A stretch of DNA of 64,000 nucleotides from Nemertoderma westbladi (Eukaryota; Animalia; Xenacoelomorpha), in assembly GCA_032718475.1 (NCBI GenBank), contig JAUCBJ010007129.1, positions 1 to 64,000 of the forward strand, read 5' to 3'. The position numbers and the translations under genes were made by a program. Under the pieces are notes generated by a model that saw only the letters and a list, made by a program, of their open reading frames with translations, made no database searches and was not told where the DNA came from. Positions 56,993-64,000 of this stretch are shown here, piece after piece. Every line of letters begins with the position of its first letter. Positions within the stretch are counted from its first letter, which is position 1.

Positions 56993-59900
56993 TTATAAAG
57001 TTGGGTTCTCGCCGTTGGAACGGAAGACCAATCTCATATCTACCTTGATCTTTAAGAAAACGGGTAGTCGTTTCCTGAATCTGCTTGGCTCTTTCCTCCT
57101 CGACAGATAGGCCTTATCGTAGGAGTTAGGGTCTACGGCATCTTGAGTAAATAATCTTACGGCGTGTTCATCACGAATCTTATCGTGGTATCGATCTATC
57201 ACCTCATTTATTTCGTCGTTGTAGTCGAATTGTCCGCCATGATTGATGAGATGGCACAGGTTCACTTGGTTTCGCCAAGTTTCATTTTGGGTGAGGAGGT
57301 CGATTGTATTTTCCTCATCAAACAATTGGTTAATATCGTCATTATCTGAGGAGTAGGGTGTTCCCTCAGTTGTGGTCTCTCCCTCACTGATTTCTTCTCC
57401 CCATTCACTCACCTGATGTACTTGGTCGTTAGGTAATCTTTCCATGAGTGTTCTACGGGAAGGTCCAGTGAAGTACCAACCTAATCTCGTTTTTCCCACA
57501 TAGGTTTGTAATGGTTGTGGTCGAGCAGGCCGTTTTTCCAATTTCTCTAGTGCCTCATGCGCATTTTGGCCGATCAATATCTGTACCCCTGGGTAGTCGG
57601 TGTTGAATCTAGGGATATCATGCTGCTGGGTAAAATCGTCTTCATCCCAGTTGTAAGATTCTACTTGGCTGGTAGCAAAGTTCTTTATCGCCACCATTTT
57701 TACTGACCTTATGCTATGTTCTCCTAGTTCATCCTGGGGAGTGGACAACGCGCCAACATAGTAGTCTGTAGCTACTGTGGATTTCCAAACCTGCATAATT
57801 CCTGAAAGGTTCAACTTAGTTTGGAACTTGGGTTGTCCAGCAAAGATGTCTTTGGCTAGTTCTTTGTTGATAAATGTTCCTGTGCTGCCGGAGTCCAGGA
57901 GGGCGTTTACTATAAAACTCTTACCTGGCCCATGGACTCTCAGCTGAACTACTGGGAATTCCCGAATTCTGACGTTGGAAGTTGGCGCTGTCCAAGATGA
58001 TTGTCGGTCCGGAATAGTCGATTGGACTTCATTATCGGTTTCAGTCTCATACGTAAGCGCTCGATACACTGCGGTGTTTATCATATAACAGGATTCGTTT
58101 TCGTCGGAGAATTCGTCCGTGTAAAATCCTTCCATCTCAGAGCTGTGGTCAGTGTCGTTCACATCACTGAATTGGACATGTAGTTCGGACTCACTTACCT
58201 GATTCGTGCTGGTTCTTTCAAATTCTGTGTGCAGCAAGATATGATGTTTCGCGCCGCACTTAGCACACCTCGCGTCGGAGAAACAGGTTCGCCGTTGGTG
58301 TCCTTGTCTGAGACAATTATAACACAACCGCTTATCCCACATGACATCACGTCTATCCTTTAGGGATTTCTTCAAGAATTCATCACATCCACTTAAACGA
58401 TGGGGCCCGTCGCACAATGCACATTTGGGTTTGATGTTACTTACTTTAACTTGTGTGGTGTTCTGCACACTTGTTCTTTCCTCGGGCTTTCTTCCATGAA
58501 TTCTCTTAGGAGACGTAGGAGGAGTTTTTGTTACCTGTTCTCTCCTGTCACTGTTTCGAGACTTAGATTTACTTACGTCTTTCGGTGTTTTGTTGACATA
58601 GTAAGATCTTTCGGTGTCTTTCCCGCTGTTCTCCTCGTGGGAGGTTTGGCTTTCGCCGTCGTCTGTACAACACACTGGTGTTACCTTTCTCCTAGAAACG
58701 GGTTTTTCACTCACCTTATTTTCCGGTGTCTTCTCTCGGGACTGCTTTAGGAGCTGTAATCTTACCTCTCCATTTAAGAATGATATGAGATCAGCCATGG
58801 TAGGGTCTCTTTGTTGCTGGTCCATCATATAGAGCCCTCTTTTGTCCCAACGCGTACCTACTCCACCCTTCGGCAAAGTAGATGCCACAGCTCCAACAAC
58901 CATAGAACTCTGATGTTCATGAGACTTACCTAGCCAATCTAACTGTCTACAGATCTCCTGGATCTCATCGGAAAATTCTATAATCCCATTCTAAAATCCA
59001 TCTGGATGTCCAATAAACTTTAACGCCATTAACTTGGGAGGTCCTTCCAAGCACTCGATGAGGAATCTAAGTTTCTCTCCGTGGGATAGTACGGAACTCT
59101 GTATGTTATCTTTATAATATTCATTAAAAGGTAACCATTTCATCTCATCTCTGTTGAACTTAACGATCTCTCCCACCTTTACCGCTTGACGGGCTTCGGT
59201 TCTAGCCATTTGACGTGTAAAACTTTCTTGGGCCATTGTATTATTTAATATCGAGTTATCGGTATATAAATTTCTCGGATTATGATCAGGTCTATATGGA
59301 ATATCATTATCAACGGGTTTATAATTATCCTTAACAGGGTTTACTATAGGAGTTTCTACTTCACTAGCAGTATAGATGCGCGTAGTCTCCACACCTTGCG
59401 CATGAAATACTTCCAAACCACACCTTGAAACCACAGCATGAAATACTTCAGACCTAACAGGTTGACACATTGTTACAGGGGGTGGTGGTATACCCTTTCG
59501 TATATTTACTAACTTATCGCGTTCTAACGCGATGCTCTGCTGTACTTCTTGTAACTCTAACCTACCCTCTCTTACTGTTCCCTTTAACTGCTGAACAGTC
59601 CCTTCCATCTCTCGGACCTGCTGGGAGGAACGCAAGCGCTGTTCCTCCAATTGTCCGAGCAGGAGATCCATCCCCCGCCGTCCCTCATCCACCCACTCTA
59701 CCGCCGAAGCGGGAGCCGCCAACATTGTAGCGGGTAGACAAGAGATGACGGGCGACAAATCATTGATGTCTCGCTCGGCGTCCAGGACTGGGACTGATTC
59801 AGGGGCTATTCTACTGGGCACAGGTAGTTTAGTACTGTGCAAAGGGAATTTAGAGTTAGGTTCTGGAAGTACAGGGGTCTCTATCACAGAGGGGGTGGCT

Positions 59901-61659
59901 TCGAGAACAGGCCTAATTATTTCCTGCTCATATACTATAGTAGGGAGTCTTTCTACTCTATTAATTTGGTCTGTGGGTTCTATACTACCTAAGTCTACAC
60001 TAGCTAGTTGCCTTCTCACAGCTGGGGGCAAATTAAGCAATTTCTGCCAGTGCAGCACCCTTCTACATCTGCTGGAACGAGATTTATTTCCTCTACCTTC
60101 CGGATCTGTTGTATCGCCTTCATCAGAGGATGTAAATCCATGTCTCTTGGGAGTAGATCGACTTATCATCTGCATCTGAGAAGCTGTTCTCTGTTTATTT
60201 AAGTAGTCTTGCTTCTCTTGAAGATTTTCCAACTCTAGTTGGTCTGTCTCTTCAGATGCCCTCTGTTCTGCTGCTGCCACTGCCTCTGCCGCCTTTCATT
60301 AAAACTTCTGCAGCTGCCGCTGTCGCTTTTCTTTCTGCTTCTGCAGCTGTGGCTGTCGCTTTTCTTTCCGCTTCTGCCGCCTTTCTTTCCACTTCTGCAG
60401 CTGTCGCTGTCGCTTTTCTTTCCGCTTCTACCGTCGCTGCTGCCGCCTTTCTTTCAGCTTCTGCAGCTGCCGATGCCGCTGCCTTTCTGTTTTCTATCTG
60501 TTTTTTCTTTAGCTGCTCTTCTTGGACTCTAGCGATGAGGATGCTTTCATCAAATTTAGCGTGCTCCGTGGCTAACATTTCCGCATCTAATGAGTCTTAC
60601 ACAAATTTGGCACCCTCACTATTAGGGTGAAGTCCAGCTAGCCTTCTCCTTAACTCTTTGTCACCTATAAATCGTTGATAGTCCGACAGATAGATGTCAT
60701 TGGCGTCCTTCTTCTGAGGTTTCTCTGATGTAACTTCGCTTTCCACCTGAGACAAGGTAGCGTCTGTTGATTCTCCGTGGGTCGCGCGCTCAGTTAGCTG
60801 AATTTTCCATTGTGTCGTTCCTTGGACTTTAAGACTCACCTGTTGGAACCAAGTCTTTATGGCAACTTGCAACGACGTGTCTTGGCTTCTCTTCGAGGCT
60901 TCCTCAAAGGCGGAAAGGATTTGTCTGATCCTTAAGATTCGTTCTCGAACTTGATAAAGCAGCTATCCCTGCTCTTGAGGTCCTTGACGTTGTTGACACA
61001 GGTGTTCCTCTAAGCGCTCCAAAGAGCTGAAGAATCCCTGTACATATCCTGCTGCCGACCTCTTCCACACAGCTGGATCTCGAGTATCCTTTACTACTCC
61101 CATCCTGTATAAGTCCTCCCAGGCAGCTTCCGATAAGTTAAACGGGAGTCCGGGTCCGGGGAAGTTCCATTGCGTCTCGACAATAGACTTCAGTTCCTCC
61201 ATTGTGTATCCCGCATAACTATCCTTGGTCGATCGCTTACTTCTCGCCCAATCGATTTGATGCTCCTCCACCACGATCAATACTCTAGTGAGTACGGCTT
61301 CAGGAAGAATTAGAAGTGGATCCGAATAAACCGCTTCTGCCATCCTTGCTCCGATTTCGGGTGTCAACTCTAGTGTCTGAACTACTGGAGTTATCTGGCT
61401 GTTGAGAAATAAGTTCTCGGTTCGGGTGTTGCTGCTGTTTACCAGCTGCCTCTTGGTCCCGCTTGACTTGAGCCCTAGTGCCTATGGTAGACCTTTGGTG
61501 CTTTACTAGCCTAGGGTCTGATACTACTACTGTAGGGATGACCTTTCTTACATTAGGAGCGGACTTGGACTTTTGTCTCAGATGTTCTGCACTCCTGTCT
61601 GAGTCGCTGACTGTTCTTTCTAGGAGACTATCTGACAGAGTTTGCTTTGTGTCAGCCAT
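56993..61659 (-). pseudogene. gag: gag-protease of B2 (frameshifted)
   Basis: Collinear with B1 gag; triple Zn knuckle and ALLDSGS. Confidence 0.9.
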
Positions 61660-62019
61660 GTTTGACTGTACAGTTGAATGCCTACTACTATAATGACAGT
61701 TAAAGCAAGTCTAGTAATTCAGTATCCACTGTAAGCCTAGTAATTAATTACCGATACCGTTACTCAGTGTAACGTGATATATATACAATATATTAAAATA
61801 CCGGTATACACTTATGGTATATATAAGTATTATTATAGACCAGGATTAGTTACAAAATACCGGTATATAATTTCAGCTTAAATTTATCGAAATAAATATA
61901 ATAAGCCTATCGTAAATACCGGTAATGTCAATTATTTTATAATGACTGAATTTCTGAATTTTAGGGTTACTTTCCTTTACTTTATTACTGTTATCAAGCA
62001 GTAGTCCAACTGATATTAA

Positions 62020-62406
62020 CCCATTAAGTCCTAAGGTCTACATTTGTAGACCCATGCAATATGGTGCTCTCAATTAAAAGCTGTACCAATTTATTTAGTA
62101 TTTTCACTATAAATCAGACTTAGAGGCATGGGAGTACTATTTAAAGTAAATTTTAGCCCTCATGTTCGCAATACTAACATCTGACAAAAGCTCAATTTTA
62201 GTGAATTTATGCAAAAAGAGTACGAGTCAATTCAACTCTAATTTTAGGACGAAAGTTGCCTCATGTGACTTGGAGATGCAAATATTATCATCCCTGATAA
62301 TTTCTGAACATATAAATGAATTATGAAGCTCCCAACAACATGTAATTAGAATTCGTGATGTCCTGAATGAGCAAGTCTACAAATGTAGACCTTAGGACTT
62401 AAGGGG
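62020..62406. mobile_element. piggyBac-like MITE
   Basis: 32-bp TIR CCC(A/C)TTAAGTCCTAAGGTCTACATTTGTAGAC. The left flank is TTAA and the right flank is degenerate (TACA). Confidence 0.75.
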
Positions 62407-62549
62407 TACAAATATCACTGAAATTACTGTAGTACAGTATATACTGTAATTTCAGAAGACATTTCATACAGGAATATGGATACAGGATACAGGGGCTCAT
62501 AATTTCACCCGACATAGAGTAGGTACTGTACAGTGTACAGTCGGGCACT

Positions 62550-62802
62550 TTGTCAATATTGACATGTTGTCAATATTGACATGTTCCATGTCAAAATTGA
62601 CATGATGTCAATATTGACATGTTTTGATCATAAATTTTTTAAATATTGTGATTTGAAAAGTAGAAAATGTTTTTTTGTAAAGAGAATATCTATTTTAATT
62701 AAAATATTGTTGAATCCAACCAATGTATATTGTTGTTTGTAATAATTTTAATGATATGTTTTATTGCATGTCAATATTGACATCTAATGTCAATATTGAC
62801 AT
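62550..62802. repeat. Cluster of the palindrome TGTCAATATTGACA
   Basis: About six copies. Confidence 0.75.
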
Positions 62803-62879
62803 GAACGCTGGGTTCTTATGTTCATTTCAACCCCACCAAATCTATTTAGAGGCCTTCAAGCAGTCAAATAGCATCACAA

Positions 62880-63670
62880 ATACTGAAACGAGCTGTCAAA
62901 ACGCTTTAGTTAGAGACATTCTGGCTGCATTTTAAATACTGAAAAGAGCTTTTGAAACTATTCAGGCCTTTGCGCAGCATATTAAATACTAGAAAAGAGC
63001 CACTAAAACTGTTCAGAGTCCTTTGTGCAGCATGATAAATGCTGAAAAGTGCTGTTGAAATTGTTCAGAGGGTATCATGTATCATGAGAAAAACTGAAAA
63101 GAACTGATAAAACTGCCCAGGGGCCTTCGCACAGTTTGAAAAATACATAAAAGATCTCTCAAAGCTGCTCAGAGACCTTTGTGCAGCATGATAAACGCTG
63201 AAAAAAGATTTTGAAATGAAACTATTCAGAACTTTGTGCAGCATGATAAAAGCTGAAAAGAGCTGTTGAAACTGTTCAGGGGTCTTCGAGCAGCTTGAGA
63301 AAGACTGAAAATAACTTTTGAAACTTTCAGGCCTTCGCAGAGAAGGTGAAATACTGAAAAGAGTTGATAAAACTGTTCACAGAGTTCTTCATGCAGCATG
63401 ATAAATGCTGAAAATAAACAGTTGAAATTGTTCACATGGCTTTGTGCAACATGAGAAAAGCTGAAAATTGCTGTTGAAAGTTATAAAACTGTTCAAAGTC
63501 CTTCATGCAGCATAAATGCTAAAAAATAATATTTGAAGTTGTTCAGAGGGCTTTGTGCAATATGAGAATGCTGAAAATAGCTGTTGAAACTGTTCGGATG
63601 CCTTCGTGCAGCATGATAAATGCTGAAAAGGGCTGTTGAAACTGCTAAAAGGCCTTCATGCAGCATGATG
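62880..63670. repeat. Degenerate ~59-bp satellite
   Basis: Recurring GCAGCATGATAAATGCTGAAAAG..CTGTTGAAACTGTTCAG. Confidence 0.85.
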
Positions 63671-63674
63671 CATG

Positions 63675-64000
63675 TGTCTGCACCACTGTCTGCACCACTG
63701 TCTGCACCAGTGTCTGCACCACTGTCTGCACCAGGTGTCTGCACCACTGTCTGCACCAGTGTCCGCACCACTGTCTGCACCACTGTTTGCACCACTGTCT
63801 GCACCAATGTCTGCACCCGTGTCTGCACCACTGTCTACACCAGTGTCTGCACCAGGTGTCTGCATCACTGTCTGCATCACTGTCTGCACCACTGCCTGCA
63901 CCACTGTCTGCACCAGGTGTCTGCACCACTGTCTGCACCATTGTCTGCACCAGTGTCCGCACCACTGTCTGCACCAGTGTCTGCACCAGTGTCTGCACCA
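63675..64000. repeat. 12-bp minisatellite (GTCTGCACCACT)n
   Basis: Direct tandem units running to the window end. Confidence 0.95.

Larger units (their letters stand above)
46256..62019 (-). mobile_element. BEL/Pao family B copy B2: full coding content but decayed, 5' LTR missing
   Basis: 3' LTR, ORF3, IN, RT/RH and gag-PR are present. Homology to the B1 leader stops at TTAA 62016-62019. Confidence 0.93.

Noticed and set aside
63493-63998. Repetitive ORFs (VQTV/GADT/WCRQ)
   Set aside because: They are translations of a 12-bp minisatellite.

Overview
AT-rich eukaryotic (probably invertebrate) repeat cluster made almost entirely of nested transposable elements. It holds three related BEL/Pao LTR-retrotransposon families. 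A (+, 5777-28685) has two 1.9-kb LTRs and a duplicated gag-pro. B (-) has two copies: internally deleted B1 (30113-42441, AGGGG TSD) and decayed, 5'-truncated B2 (46256-62019). C (-) is present only as a 5' LTR plus leader (1-2183). There is also a fourth LTR-like element (D), an RTE LINE fragment, a Penelope fragment, MITEs, satellites and one possible host ARM-repeat exon. Two observations stand out. (1) Families A and B carry a large extra ORF after pol, in the env position, encoding a WRN/Mut-7/EXD-type DEDDy 3'-5' exonuclease-like domain. (2) None of A, B1 or C has a TGG-type tRNA primer-binding site. In each, the 11-13 nt directly after the 5' LTR are the perfect reverse complement of a site inside its own LTR, and the paired sequences differ between families. 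Together these suggest a self-priming BEL/Pao lineage with an accessory exonuclease. All calls were made by eye; no database searches were run.
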